This document shows positions 28,120 to 38,693 of a DNA stretch of 64,000 nucleotides, in pieces. Location: the NCBI GenBank assembly GCA_003242895.1, contig QKMY01000020.1:2965-66964 (forward strand), given 5' to 3'. Under the pieces are notes generated by a model. That model made no database searches, had not been told where the DNA came from, and was given only the letters and a program-made list of their open reading frames with translations. Position 1 is the first letter of the stretch; each line of letters opens with the position of its first letter. The DNA comes from Candidatus Margulisiibacteriota bacterium (lineage in GTDB: Bacteria; Margulisbacteria; Riflemargulisbacteria; GWF2-39-127). The position numbers and the translations under genes were made by a program.

Positions 28120-28344
28120 TTATTCTCCTATAATCTCTAATATTATTTTTTGGGCTAACATCCTCCCGATGGCTAGTTCCTGATGGTTCTTTTTTATAAC
28201 AATCGGTCCGCCCGGCAATTTTCCGATGCAGACTATCTTTGATCCGACACACAAACCCAATCTAACAAACTGCACAGCCAATTGCCCTTCCGGCAACGAT
28301 ACGATCCTTGCAACTGCTCCAACTTTCATTTGGTCTAATCCCAT
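28120..28344 (-). CDS. feoA: FeoA
   Basis: 74-aa SH3-like protein directly upstream of feoB (VARIVSLPEGQLAVQFVRLGLCVGSKI). Confidence 0.8.
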   Translation of the reverse strand: MGLDQMKVGAVARIVSLPEGQLAVQFVRLGLCVGSKIVCIGKLPGGPIVIKKNHQELAIGRMLAQKIILEIIGE

Positions 28345-28349
28345 AATAA

Positions 28350-28832
28350 TTACCCTCTATTCTGATATTTTTCCAGATACACTAGACTAAATAGGTTACT
28401 CACCTTCTCTGTTCTAAATATCCGGTAGCCGAGCTTTTGATAGAGATAAAGGTTTCGCTCACTTTTAAACCCGGTAAAAAGTTCAAATCTCTCAACTGTA
28501 AGATATCGTGATTCAACCTCACAGAGAAGCTGCGTTCCCAATCCCCGATTCTGGAAATCCGGGTGAACAATAAGTTTGCCTATATAACAAGAACCCTTAT
28601 TCTCGTATGCTCTTACGGAACCTACGAGCTTATCTTCAATAACTATTTTAAGGACAACCTGCTTCTCGAAATCTCTTCTTATCTCCTCAATAGTTTGAAT
28701 AAGCGGCGAAATCGTGTAATTATTATAGATCTCCGCTTCACTTACATAAGACTTCTTTTGAAGGGCAAGTATCTGTTCAGCATCTAGTATAGTCGCTTTC
28801 TCGATAATCAAATGCAAATCACTCCGAATCAT
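28350..28832 (-). CDS. GNAT-family N-acetyltransferase
   Basis: Acetyl-CoA binding motif VHPDFQNRGLGTQLL. 160 aa. Confidence 0.75.
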   Translation of the reverse strand: MIRSDLHLIIEKATILDAEQILALQKKSYVSEAEIYNNYTISPLIQTIEEIRRDFEKQVVLKIVIEDKLVGSVRAYENKGSCYIGKLIVHPDFQNRGLGTQLLCEVESRYLTVERFELFTGFKSERNLYLYQKLGYRIFRTEKVSNLFSLVYLEKYQNRG

Positions 28833-31251
28833 GAGTACTCTCCAAATACCGGATATCCCATAGATCGATTGGTAATATCGTCAACGGTTTGCCGTTATTA
28901 TCTACATAAATATTCAAATAATCCAGCAAACTATTCTTTGTCAAGTTCGCCCTCACACCAAAAAGCCTGTCAAAAGAGAAAAATGGCGGTTCCGGGAATT
29001 CAAGAAGCGTAACTTCTGCCGCTTCAGGGATTCCAGCTTTTTCCTTAGCAATTCTTAGTGCGACGTCCATTCCACCAAGGGCATCCACAAGCCCTACCCT
29101 CAAGGCTTCTTTCCCTGACCAGATCCTTCCTTGAGCCACAGTTTCGATGTCTTCAGGTTTTTTATTTCTTCCAACCGCGACCTTGTTAACAAAAAATCGG
29201 TATATATTGAAGATCTCTCTCCGGGCGTGTTTCAGCTCTTCATCATCCAGCTTTCGATTAGGAATGTAAAGACCCAGAAAAGGAATTGGGACACTAAACC
29301 CGGAATAGATATCGGAGTGCTTACCTTTCTTAACCAAGTCGGTACTTATTCCGAGATTTTCTTTAAGCCCTGAATTATATACGTACCCGCCAATTACCCC
29401 GATGGATCCGGTCATTGTATTCTTATGGGAAACAATCGCGTCACCGTTAATAGACAGCCAGTATCCGCCAGATGCTGCAACCAGCCCTTGAGATATGATG
29501 ACAGGTTTCTTCGCTCTACAACGTGTAATCGCTTCAGCTATAGTATCTGACGCGATCGCTGACCCGCCTGGAGAATCAATCCTCAGCACAACTGCCTTGA
29601 TTGAAGGATTACTCATAAGAGCTTCAAACAATCTTGCCATAGCATGCGCATTAACACCACTGTCCATAGCCACTGAACCAAGGGCATAAACAACGGCTAT
29701 TTGAGGAGCTTCACCCCACTTATCATCTTGAGGCAGCTTATACTTTTCTAACGATGAGATTCCGACTACCTGTTTGGCAACGCCTTCGTATTCTTTGATC
29801 ACTTCGTTCACGGAAGCCCAGGTCCCTATCCCGTCGACTAACTTAAGTTGTTGCGAATTCTCTGCCGGCAAAGACAAAAAGGTTTCATTGTCAATAAGAT
29901 TATCAAACTGTTCTCCCGTTATTTTTCTCGACATACAGATATCTGACTGATAGACACCATACTCATCCTCAACGAATTTCTTTAATTGTTCTCTATCTCC
30001 CTCAGACATGTTTTTTCTCGAAAACCCCTCAAGAGCTGACTTGTATTTAAAGTATCCAAATTCCTGAAATCCAATCCCGATCTTCTCCAAACTCTCTCTA
30101 TAATAGGTCTTACCAATAGAAAAACCTGACATTGAAACCGCTCCTAACGGATGAATAATGACCTTGTCAGCAATAGAGGCAAAATAGTACATGTCCATCG
30201 AAGCTTCATTTATAAAAACAACGACATGTTTTTCTGCTGCCCGGAATTCTTTCAACTTATCCCGCAACTCCCATAAAATCGAAGGATTAGTTACTTTCAT
30301 ATCTGTGGCATTGATCGCAATACCCCCGATCTGCTTATCCTTCCTGGCAGCATCAATAATATCAAGTACCGCCAGGATAGTATTGGATTTATCAAATAAT
30401 GAATTATGGCGATAGTTAAGGTACCCGGAGAGATCAAGGATCAGGTAATTTGTCTCTTTCTTCATGTATGTCCTGAAGATATTACGATCGTAGCCGCCTA
30501 ATCTCAGGTTATAATAAGAAGTATCTTTCTTGCCGATAACGTGCCGCTGGCTCGATATTCCGGTGCCGCCAAAGCTGAAGTCCAAGCCAAAAGAAATATG
30601 ATCTTTATTGAAATAGCGGGTGGCAAAACGAATACCCGAAAAAGGCTCAATAACGGCACCAAGGCTTTTTCTTCTTTTACTGGGTTTTTCATTGTTTTTT
30701 ACAGCATAATCGGCAAACAAAGCTATAAACTCATTGCCATATGGCCGATATGCAATATCATAAATCCCTTCCTGTTCCTTGCCATTCGTCTCGAAATTAC
30801 CGACGATACCGAAGGAAAATTCAGAAGAACGCCACAATGATCCGATAGTGAACAGCTTCTTTCTATTAAAAGTGTTAGTATCCCCGTCAGACCAGCCATA
30901 CCCGAACCCCAGACTGAAATCCCGATCACCAAATGCATTGGAAATCCGATAATCATTAATGTGCCCGCTGGCATCTTTATTTTTTATAACGCCCAGCCCA
31001 AGTCCCGGCACACCGAAAAACAATCCGCTCCGATCGCTATGAGTAGAAGCTGTCCAGACATAGTCAAATTCCGGAGAATCCAAATATTGCAATAATGCAG
31101 GATTATAATAGCCTTCGTAGCCTGTTTTAAAAGCTCCCGGAGAAGAAAGAAAAAGTTCGGATTGATCATGATAGTTTGGGATAAAAGCAAAAGCAGTATT
31201 CGTCATAACTATTAATAACACAAGAAAAACCTTAAATTCAGATAATTTCAT
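28819..31251 (-). CDS. sppA: SppA-like signal-peptide peptidase (tandem S49 domains) with a ~270-aa N-terminal beta-rich extension
   Basis: Two ClpP/crotonase-fold S49 modules: IGGIAINATD...VVVFINEASMDMYYFASIADKVI and AVVLRIDSPGGSAIASD...VIISQGLVAASGGYWLS, carrying the catalytic Ser in GxSGG context. They follow a signal peptide and a Gly/Tyr/Phe/Ser-rich domain that has no S49 homology. Confidence 0.65.
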   Translation of the reverse strand: MKLSEFKVFLVLLIVMTNTAFAFIPNYHDQSELFLSSPGAFKTGYEGYYNPALLQYLDSPEFDYVWTASTHSDRSGLFFGVPGLGLGVIKNKDASGHINDYRISNAFGDRDFSLGFGYGWSDGDTNTFNRKKLFTIGSLWRSSEFSFGIVGNFETNGKEQEGIYDIAYRPYGNEFIALFADYAVKNNEKPSKRRKSLGAVIEPFSGIRFATRYFNKDHISFGLDFSFGGTGISSQRHVIGKKDTSYYNLRLGGYDRNIFRTYMKKETNYLILDLSGYLNYRHNSLFDKSNTILAVLDIIDAARKDKQIGGIAINATDMKVTNPSILWELRDKLKEFRAAEKHVVVFINEASMDMYYFASIADKVIIHPLGAVSMSGFSIGKTYYRESLEKIGIGFQEFGYFKYKSALEGFSRKNMSEGDREQLKKFVEDEYGVYQSDICMSRKITGEQFDNLIDNETFLSLPAENSQQLKLVDGIGTWASVNEVIKEYEGVAKQVVGISSLEKYKLPQDDKWGEAPQIAVVYALGSVAMDSGVNAHAMARLFEALMSNPSIKAVVLRIDSPGGSAIASDTIAEAITRCRAKKPVIISQGLVAASGGYWLSINGDAIVSHKNTMTGSIGVIGGYVYNSGLKENLGISTDLVKKGKHSDIYSGFSVPIPFLGLYIPNRKLDDEELKHARREIFNIYRFFVNKVAVGRNKKPEDIETVAQGRIWSGKEALRVGLVDALGGMDVALRIAKEKAGIPEAAEVTLLEFPEPPFFSFDRLFGVRANLTKNSLLDYLNIYVDNNGKPLTILPIDLWDIRYLESTHDSE

Positions 31252-31528
31252 CGGGCATCCTTCCTGCATAGTAATTATTATCAATAACCAAGTATATTAT
31301 GGATAGACATAATATATTTGGTTATTGATTTCAGCAATAGATATTTTGCTGGAACCTTTATTCCTGATTGAAACCTTTAAAGGATTAAAGGTCCACCGAA
31401 TTTTTACTTTAACAAAGAATTGGCACAAAGCTCTTCCCGGATTATTCTTCCAGCAACCACACCAAAACATCCCAATTGGCATTAATAACAATTAGAGTAT
31501 AATGCCCTCGGACAGGGGGAAAAAGGAC

Positions 31529-31993
31529 ATGGACTTTCAATTAACAAGCGCAGCCTTCGTAGATCGGCAGCGAATACCGATACAGTATACGTGTGATGGA
31601 ACGAACATTTCTCCTCCTCTGGACTGGCAGATTATTTCAAATCGGATATTAAGCTTTGCGCTTATTTTGGAAGACGTGGATTCGATAAAAGGAACCTGGG
31701 GCCACTGGGTTATAATAAACATTCCTGAAAGCAGAAGATCACTACCTGAAAATATTCCAAACGAGAAAAATCCGGAAGGGATGGGAATACAAGGAATTAA
31801 CGATTACGGTGCTATCGGTTATGGTGGGCCCTGTCCTCAAAAAGGCGAGCATCGCTATATCTTTAATCTTTTCGCTCTCGATAGAATACTTTACCTAAAA
31901 GAGTCGCTCACGAGATATGAGGTGCGTAATGCGATTGAAGGAAATTTTCTTGCATCCTGCCAACTGACAGTGCTCTATGAACGCCGCTCATAA
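31529..31993 (+). CDS. YbhB/YbcL-family PEBP (Raf-kinase-inhibitor-like) protein
   Basis: ISPPLDW...GTWGHWVIINIP...YGGPCPQKGEHRYIFNLFALD is the bacterial PEBP signature. Confidence 0.8.
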   Translation: MDFQLTSAAFVDRQRIPIQYTCDGTNISPPLDWQIISNRILSFALILEDVDSIKGTWGHWVIINIPESRRSLPENIPNEKNPEGMGIQGINDYGAIGYGGPCPQKGEHRYIFNLFALDRILYLKESLTRYEVRNAIEGNFLASCQLTVLYERRS

Positions 31994-32127
31994 ATAATAA
32001 ACTATCATAGCAATATAAACCATACGAAATCCATACAGGAACATCTGATAAAATTGATTAGCCCTACCGATATCTATACCATAATTAGCAACTTATATAA
32101 CAAGCAATGGTCAGGAGGCGTGTGGAT

Positions 32128-33258
32128 ATGAAAGCAATAGTTAAATTAATTCATTACTCATCGTTATTGTATCTATTAGCATTAGTTTTTATGACTAATT
32201 CGATAGGCTATACGCAAGATTTACCCATCGACAAAATCATGTTACCCCAGGGATTCAAAATCTCTATCTATGCAGAAAACGTACCCGACGCGCGATCAAT
32301 GACCTTAAGCCCGGGAGGCATTGTATTTGTCGGCTCTCGCGTAGCCGGAAAAGTATATGCAATTATTAACAACAATAAAGATAACAAAGCAGACGAAGTC
32401 ATTACAATTGCATCAGGGCTAAATGAGCCAAATGGCGTCGCATTTAAAGACGGCTCGCTTTACGTTGCTGAAGCTACCCGGATCATTCGCTTTGACAATA
32501 TCGAAAATAGGATCTACAATCCACCTCCGCCGATAGTAATCAATGACAGCTTTCCTCAGGCGAAAAGCCATAGCTGGAAATATATAGCCTTCGGACCGGA
32601 AGGACTTCTCTATATATCCGTTGGCGCTCCCTGCAATGCATGCATAAGCAAAGTTGAAAATTATGCCACAATAATGAGAATGAATCCTGACGGCTCCGGA
32701 CTTGAGATCTACGCCCGAGGAGTTCGAAACTCTCTCGGGTTTGATTGGAATCCCGAAGGAGAAGACCTTTGGTTTACCGATAATGGCCGTGACCTAATGG
32801 GCGATAATCAACCGCCGGACGAACTCAATCGAGCTCCACGTAAAGGGCTCAATTTCGGGTTCCCTTATTGTCATGGGATAAATATTCCAGACCCTGAGTT
32901 CGGAAAACTACGTGACTGCAGCGAGTTCACACCTCCGGAAATAGAATTGGGCCCTCATGTCGCAGCTCTGGGAATGAAGTTCTATACGGGATCGTTGTTC
33001 CCTGCCGAATACAAAAACCAGATATTTATTGCCGAACATGGATCCTGGAACAGATCAGTATCTATCGGATATCGGATAACTCTCGTACGCCTGGAGAACA
33101 ACAAGGCTGTTGGATATCAACCCTTTGCAGAAGGCTGGTTACAAGATAACGGAGCAGCATGGGGCCGTCCGGTTGATCTCCAGGTCATGCCGGATGGAGC
33201 ACTCCTGGTTTCTGATGACAAGAACGGCACAGTATACAGGATAAGTTACGAAAAATAA
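32128..33258 (+). CDS. PQQ-dependent sugar (glucose/sorbosone) dehydrogenase, soluble beta-propeller type
   Basis: Signal peptide. GLNEPNGVAFKDGSLYVAE and DGALLVSDDKNGTVYRISY blocks are typical of the GSDH/YliI family. Start set at MKAIVKL with AGGAGG 9 nt upstream. Confidence 0.7.
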   Translation: MKAIVKLIHYSSLLYLLALVFMTNSIGYTQDLPIDKIMLPQGFKISIYAENVPDARSMTLSPGGIVFVGSRVAGKVYAIINNNKDNKADEVITIASGLNEPNGVAFKDGSLYVAEATRIIRFDNIENRIYNPPPPIVINDSFPQAKSHSWKYIAFGPEGLLYISVGAPCNACISKVENYATIMRMNPDGSGLEIYARGVRNSLGFDWNPEGEDLWFTDNGRDLMGDNQPPDELNRAPRKGLNFGFPYCHGINIPDPEFGKLRDCSEFTPPEIELGPHVAALGMKFYTGSLFPAEYKNQIFIAEHGSWNRSVSIGYRITLVRLENNKAVGYQPFAEGWLQDNGAAWGRPVDLQVMPDGALLVSDDKNGTVYRISYEK

Positions 33259-33298
33259 AAAACAGCGACTAGAGGCAGGAAGTTAGTGCCTTACCTCT
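33251..33298 (-). terminator. Intrinsic terminator for gap (minus strand)
   Basis: Imperfect hairpin AGAGGCAGG...CCTTACCTCT (33271-33298), followed on the minus strand by AGUCGCUGUUUUUUAUUUUU. Confidence 0.5.
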
Positions 33299-33311
33299 AA
33301 TCGCACATATA

Positions 33312-34307
33312 TTACATTGTTTTGGCCAGGGCAACGCCCTCTTTGACCATTTGATTCGTGTATCCCCATTCATTATCATACCAGCTCATTATCTTAACCA
33401 GATCTCCATCAACTACCTTCGTTAACGTAAGATCTATGATTGCAGCGTGCGGATCCTTGATAATATCCGAAGAAACTACCTCATCCTCAGTGACCCTCAT
33501 CACACCTATATATTTCTCCGTCGCGGCTTCTTCTTTAAAGATATTGTTAATTTCTTCAATACTTGTCGTCCGCTCGGTAATGAGAACAACATCCGAGATA
33601 GACCCTGCCGGGACCGGACCACGTATCGCAATACCGTCAAATTTACCTTTATATTGAGGTAAGGCACGGGTTGTCGCGATAGCTGCTCCTGTGGATGAAG
33701 GAACAAAATTAATCGCCGCCGCCCTTCCCCGTCTGAGCTTCTTGTTGGGCGAGTCAACGATAGACTGAGTCGCAGTATATGCATGAAACGTTGTCATTAT
33801 CGCTTTCTTTAAGCCTATCCGTCTTCCGATGATCTCGATAACAGGAGCGATGCTGTTGGTAGTGCAACTAGCACACGAGACCAGATTGACATTACCTTCG
33901 GGACTATTAACCCCATAAATAACCGTGCCGACATCTTCGCTTTTCGATGGTGTCGACAATATAACCGTCCGTGCCCCGGCATTGAGGTGTTTCTGGAGAT
34001 CTTCTTTTTTTGTAAAAACACCGGTACACTCAAAAACAATATCAATATGCAATTCCTTCCAGGGAAGCCCTCCTGGATCTTTAACACTTAAGAACTTGTA
34101 TCGCTTATCTTCAATCAACAAATCATCATCGGCATCAATTTTTTTTTCATACCTTCCATAAACCGAGTCATACTTAAGTAAATAAACCAGACTATCAATC
34201 TTTCCCAGGTCGTTAACAGCTACCAATTCCAGTTCCGGCGTTTCCAAAATGACTTTAAGCGCAGCTCTCCCAATCCTTCCTAAACCATTAATAGCAACTC
34301 TTGCCAT
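33312..34307 (-). CDS. gap: Glyceraldehyde-3-phosphate dehydrogenase, type I
   Basis: NAD-binding N-terminus VAINGLGRIGR. Active-site SCASCTTNSIAP. 331 aa. Confidence 0.9.
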   Translation of the reverse strand: MARVAINGLGRIGRAALKVILETPELELVAVNDLGKIDSLVYLLKYDSVYGRYEKKIDADDDLLIEDKRYKFLSVKDPGGLPWKELHIDIVFECTGVFTKKEDLQKHLNAGARTVILSTPSKSEDVGTVIYGVNSPEGNVNLVSCASCTTNSIAPVIEIIGRRIGLKKAIMTTFHAYTATQSIVDSPNKKLRRGRAAAINFVPSSTGAAIATTRALPQYKGKFDGIAIRGPVPAGSISDVVLITERTTSIEEINNIFKEEAATEKYIGVMRVTEDEVVSSDIIKDPHAAIIDLTLTKVVDGDLVKIMSWYDNEWGYTNQMVKEGVALAKTM

Positions 34308-34726
34308 ATTGATTCCCCCCTTTTATCCTCTCAATTAATAATTTGTTATCAACCGGCGATTTGGGCTAATGCAAAGCATTTTATAAAACATTATATTTAG
34401 TTATTTATTTGGGAGTTCATTTTATAACAAAGACAGCTCTCGTCAACAATAAAGATTACTGTTTACATGGCAGGTTTTCATCGCATAAAGAACTGAGGAG
34501 AATTCCTGTATTTTACCGTTTTTCATTGTGGCCGGATTTAAACCCGGATAATTGGCGACTATTCAAAAACATGGCGTTATGTTAAATAGAGTTCATTAAC
34601 CTTAGTTCTTATGATTGTTATTATAAATTTTATATTTATCAATTACTTTATGCTTTTATATGATAATTAAAACCATCTTTAAATGTTCGCATTACGACTC
34701 GAATTCAAAATAGATGGAGTAGACGC

Positions 34727-37288
34727 ATGAAACCTCCTGATTACCTGGATTTATCCGGCATTACTGAAAAAGATGCGCAGGAACGGTCACAAAACGAAGG
34801 GTACAACGAGCTTCCTTCTTCGAAACAAAGAAGCGTAATTGCGATCACCTTAGAAGTATTTCGAGAACCGATGTTTATTTTACTAGTAACCGGAGGGATT
34901 ATCTACTTCCTGCTCGGAGAACCTCAAGAAGCCTTACTTTTACTCAGTTTCGTATTCGTCGTCATGGGGATAACCATTTATCAGGAAAGAAAAACCGAAC
35001 ACGCCCTTGAAGCGCTAAAAGAGTTATCAAGTCCTCGGGCACTCGTTATTCGATGCGGGATTCAAAAACGGATAGCCGGGCGTGAAATTGTCCGGGAGGA
35101 TATTATGATACTCAAAGAAGGTGACCGCGTTGCTGCCGATGCCATCGTGCTCCAGGAAACCAATCTGCTGATAGACGAATCTTTACTAACCGGAGAATCT
35201 GTGCCCGTCAGGAAATCAGCTTGGAACGGAGTCGCACTTACTGTCGCTCCAGGTGGTGACGATCTTCCTTTTGTGTACTCAGGATCTCTTATTATCCAAG
35301 GACAAGGGATTGCGAAAGTCACGGCTACCGGGACAAATACAGAAATCGGTAAAATAGGAAAAACCTTAGAATCGCTAAAACCGGAACCAACACCACTTCA
35401 ACAGGAAACAGGTGATCTTGTTAAAAAAATAGCTTTGATTGGTTTTTTTTTATTTTTGATCATTGTCTTTACCTATGGCTTAGTACGTAACGATTGGCTG
35501 AATGGACTGCTCGCCGGGATTACACTGGCAATGGCGATATTACCTGAAGAATTCCCTGTGGTATTAACTATATTCCTGGCTCTCGGAGCCTGGAGAATGT
35601 CTCGTAAAAATGTATTAACCCGAAAAATTACCGCCATTGAAACTCTCGGATCTGCGACTGTCTTGTGCGTCGACAAAACCGGGACGTTAACACTTAACCG
35701 TATGAGAATAAAAAAAATATTTGCTAATAACGATTTTTATGACCTGGAAATGAAAAGAAACGAGAGCCTCCCGGAACAGTTTCATGAGCTTGTTGAATAT
35801 AGTATATTAGCAAGCCAAAAAGATCCATTTGATCCTATGGAAAAAGCCATAAAAAAACTGGGAGAATACAAACTCTCAAATACTCCGCATATCCATTATG
35901 ATTGGAATCTTATTCATGAATACCCTTTATCAAAAAGTCTGCTCGCGATGTCGCATGTCTGGCAATCACCTAACGGGCAAGATTACATTATCGCCTCCAA
36001 GGGAGCACCCGAAGCCATATTAGATCTGTGTCATCTCTCCCCGAGCCAAATCGATGATTTATCGAAAAAAATCAGCATGCTGGCAAACGAAGGGCTCAGA
36101 GTCATCGCCGTTGCAAAAGCTTCTTTTCGGAAAGAACAACTTCCGAGTCAACAACATGCATTTAATTTCTTATTTCTCGGGTTAATCGGACTGGAAGATC
36201 CAATCCGGGCTTCAGTTCCTGAAGCCCTCGATGAATGTTACAGAGCCGGAATCAGAATAATTATGATTACCGGAGACTATCCTGCAACTGCCCAAAATAT
36301 CGCCCGCCAGATCAAACTCCAGCAAGCAACCGAAGTTATCACAGGACATGAATTGACTACCATGAATGACTCTGAATTACAGAACCGGATAAAAAGTATT
36401 GGTATTTGCGCGAGAGTAGTACCCGAACAAAAACTTCGAATTGTTAACGCACTGAAAGCTAACGGAGAAATAGTCGCAATGACAGGAGACGGGATAAATG
36501 ACGCGCCGGCACTTAAAGCTTCGAATATCGGGATTGCAATGGGAGGACGAGGAACTGATGTCGCCCGTGAAGCTGCGTCACTTGTGCTGCTCGACGACGA
36601 CTTTTCATCGATTGTTGCAGCAATAAGAATGGGGCGCAGAATATTTGATAATCTCCAAAAAGCTATGGCCTACATAGTATCCATCCACATTCCCATTGCA
36701 GGTATGTCATTGATTCCAGTACTCGTTAACTGGCCACTCGTACTGCTTCCGGTCCATATTGCATTCTTACAGTTAATAATCGACCCTACCTGCTCGATAG
36801 TTTTTGAAGCAGAACCTGAAGAAAAAAACATCATGGACCGTCCTCCACGAAAACAACACGAGCATTTGTTCAACAGAAACGTACTTGTCATCAGCCTGTT
36901 ACAAGGACTCAGCGTCCTCTTCATTATTCTGACGATCTTTTTCTTTTCACTTAATTCTGGACGAGGAGCTTCAGAAGCACGAGCAATGACATTCACTACC
37001 TTAATTATCGCAAACCTTGGCCTCATACTCACCAATCGCTCCTGGTTAACGACAATACCCTCATCACTGGCTTCCCATAATCGTGCCCTGGGATGGGTCC
37101 TTGGAGGGGCGGTCCTTTTTTTGGCCCTAGTTCTATATGTTCCTTTTCTAAGAGGATTATTTCGTTTCAAGATACTCCACCCGAATGACCTGTTCATCTG
37201 TTTTAGTGCAGGAATAATTAGTATTATCTGGTTCGAGTTCCTTAAAACAATAAAAAACAGAGAAAAGAAAACCTCCCTCCTATTATAA
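34727..37288 (+). CDS. Cation-transporting P-type ATPase (type II-like; Ca2+/Mg2+ class, specificity not determinable)
   Basis: Phosphorylation motif CVDKTGTLT, hinge MTGDGINDAPALKASNIGIAMG, TGES loop (LTGESVPV), ten predicted TMs. The TM4 motif is PEEFP rather than the PEGLP of characterised Ca-ATPases. Confidence 0.85.
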   Translation: MKPPDYLDLSGITEKDAQERSQNEGYNELPSSKQRSVIAITLEVFREPMFILLVTGGIIYFLLGEPQEALLLLSFVFVVMGITIYQERKTEHALEALKELSSPRALVIRCGIQKRIAGREIVREDIMILKEGDRVAADAIVLQETNLLIDESLLTGESVPVRKSAWNGVALTVAPGGDDLPFVYSGSLIIQGQGIAKVTATGTNTEIGKIGKTLESLKPEPTPLQQETGDLVKKIALIGFFLFLIIVFTYGLVRNDWLNGLLAGITLAMAILPEEFPVVLTIFLALGAWRMSRKNVLTRKITAIETLGSATVLCVDKTGTLTLNRMRIKKIFANNDFYDLEMKRNESLPEQFHELVEYSILASQKDPFDPMEKAIKKLGEYKLSNTPHIHYDWNLIHEYPLSKSLLAMSHVWQSPNGQDYIIASKGAPEAILDLCHLSPSQIDDLSKKISMLANEGLRVIAVAKASFRKEQLPSQQHAFNFLFLGLIGLEDPIRASVPEALDECYRAGIRIIMITGDYPATAQNIARQIKLQQATEVITGHELTTMNDSELQNRIKSIGICARVVPEQKLRIVNALKANGEIVAMTGDGINDAPALKASNIGIAMGGRGTDVAREAASLVLLDDDFSSIVAAIRMGRRIFDNLQKAMAYIVSIHIPIAGMSLIPVLVNWPLVLLPVHIAFLQLIIDPTCSIVFEAEPEEKNIMDRPPRKQHEHLFNRNVLVISLLQGLSVLFIILTIFFFSLNSGRGASEARAMTFTTLIIANLGLILTNRSWLTTIPSSLASHNRALGWVLGGAVLFLALVLYVPFLRGLFRFKILHPNDLFICFSAGIISIIWFEFLKTIKNREKKTSLLL

Positions 37289-37358
37289 GAACTTGCATTC
37301 AGGACAATGAATAGTAGATAATTAATAGTATCACTCTTAAGTTAACAGGCCTTTTACA

Positions 37359-37745
37359 ATGATACTCAGAATAGCTTTTTTTCTTATGCTCGTCAGCAGT
37401 TCCTGTGCCTTCGCAGTCTCTTTGAATGTACAATCATTTAGTGTGACATCTGACATTAAAAAGACAGAACCCTCTAACTTCATAGAAAGCAATGTGTATA
37501 ACGTGATGAAAACAAGCCAACTAGGCTTATCAGTATGGAACTTCTATTCTTCATTGTATAGAGAAAATGAAAACAACTCATTAACGCAAAATATACTTAT
37601 TAGTACAAGGAAGCTACTGAGCGGCAAGCAAATTGAAATCGATTGCAATAATTATCTGGGAAAATCAAGTGCCTTCAGAGAAGTAAAACCCAGGATATTC
37701 ATTAGCCTTCACACAATAAGCTTAAAATGCTCATATGACTTTTGA
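37359..37745 (+). CDS. Small secreted hypothetical protein
   Basis: Signal peptide (MILRIAFFLMLVSSSCAFA). No domain found. Confidence 0.3.
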   Translation: MILRIAFFLMLVSSSCAFAVSLNVQSFSVTSDIKKTEPSNFIESNVYNVMKTSQLGLSVWNFYSSLYRENENNSLTQNILISTRKLLSGKQIEIDCNNYLGKSSAFREVKPRIFISLHTISLKCSYDF

Positions 37746-37839
37746 TAATGAGAATTGCGTACTTTATCATTGACAATTTGTATTTTTAACTGATAAAATT
37801 TCTTCGCACACAACAATTAATAAAGTTTGGTATAATATA

Positions 37840-38127
37840 ATGTTTGAATTTATTGTTGAACTTGGAATATTGTTACTGTTATTGTCCCTAATCTATATAC
37901 TTTTTGCTTCCAATAAATTGTTCTCTACGATCATTTTCGGCATTTCCTGTATTTCCCTTTTCTACGGATGGTACCTAATTCCTGTGCCGGCATTCCTTAT
38001 TGCTGCGGTTATTAGCGGAGTTCTCGCAATTATCGTTAAGCCTGAAGTGAACAACAACAACATTATGCAGGCCTTAAAGAATGTCAACAAACATTCAGTC
38101 AACAGGAAAACTATTCAAGTTCAATAG
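37840..38127 (+). CDS. Small two-TM membrane protein, hypothetical
   Basis: 95 aa with two hydrophobic helices. Confidence 0.3.
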   Translation: MFEFIVELGILLLLLSLIYILFASNKLFSTIIFGISCISLFYGWYLIPVPAFLIAAVISGVLAIIVKPEVNNNNIMQALKNVNKHSVNRKTIQVQ

Positions 38128-38533
38128 CTTTATATTTTGTCGAGATAAACATCCATTTCAATTCGTCACTATCTTTATTAAACATTTTATTTATTATACC
38201 TAAAAAGAATAAATCATATTCTTTCGTCGGAAAATCTATTTTTTTCTGGTGATAGCTGCACATTTTTTGTAACAAGCTTTCCTTAGAATATAGTTCGAAA
38301 CTAACTGTGGGATAGTTTATATGCAACTCTCTTGCAATCGCGTACTGTTCAGATTCCTGTATATTCTTAAGAACAAGTACAGGAATCCATACCTGGTTAT
38401 TTTGAGAAAATGATCTATCTTCATAAACCACATAGCTCTTCGACTCACTGGAGTTCGTTTCAACATAGCGGGGAGCAGAGGGTATGCAGCTAAAAACCAA
38501 TGCGATTGCAAAACAAATAAATACCGGATTCAC
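38111..38533 (-). CDS. Hypothetical lipoprotein
   Basis: Lipobox LVFSC. 140 aa. Confidence 0.35.
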   Translation of the reverse strand: MNPVFICFAIALVFSCIPSAPRYVETNSSESKSYVVYEDRSFSQNNQVWIPVLVLKNIQESEQYAIARELHINYPTVSFELYSKESLLQKMCSYHQKKIDFPTKEYDLFFLGIINKMFNKDSDELKWMFISTKYKAIELE

Positions 38534-38693
38534 CTTTGCCCTCCAGCCCTAAAGAATTGAGCATATATTAACGAAAATGGAATAAAAAGCAACTGGTCAT
38601 TTAGGTTTGATGTAGAGACTTTCAACCTGAGTTCGACATAAGAGAGGGATGCGTCTCTATCGTGACGAGTAACAGGAAAGAACCTATCGGAGG

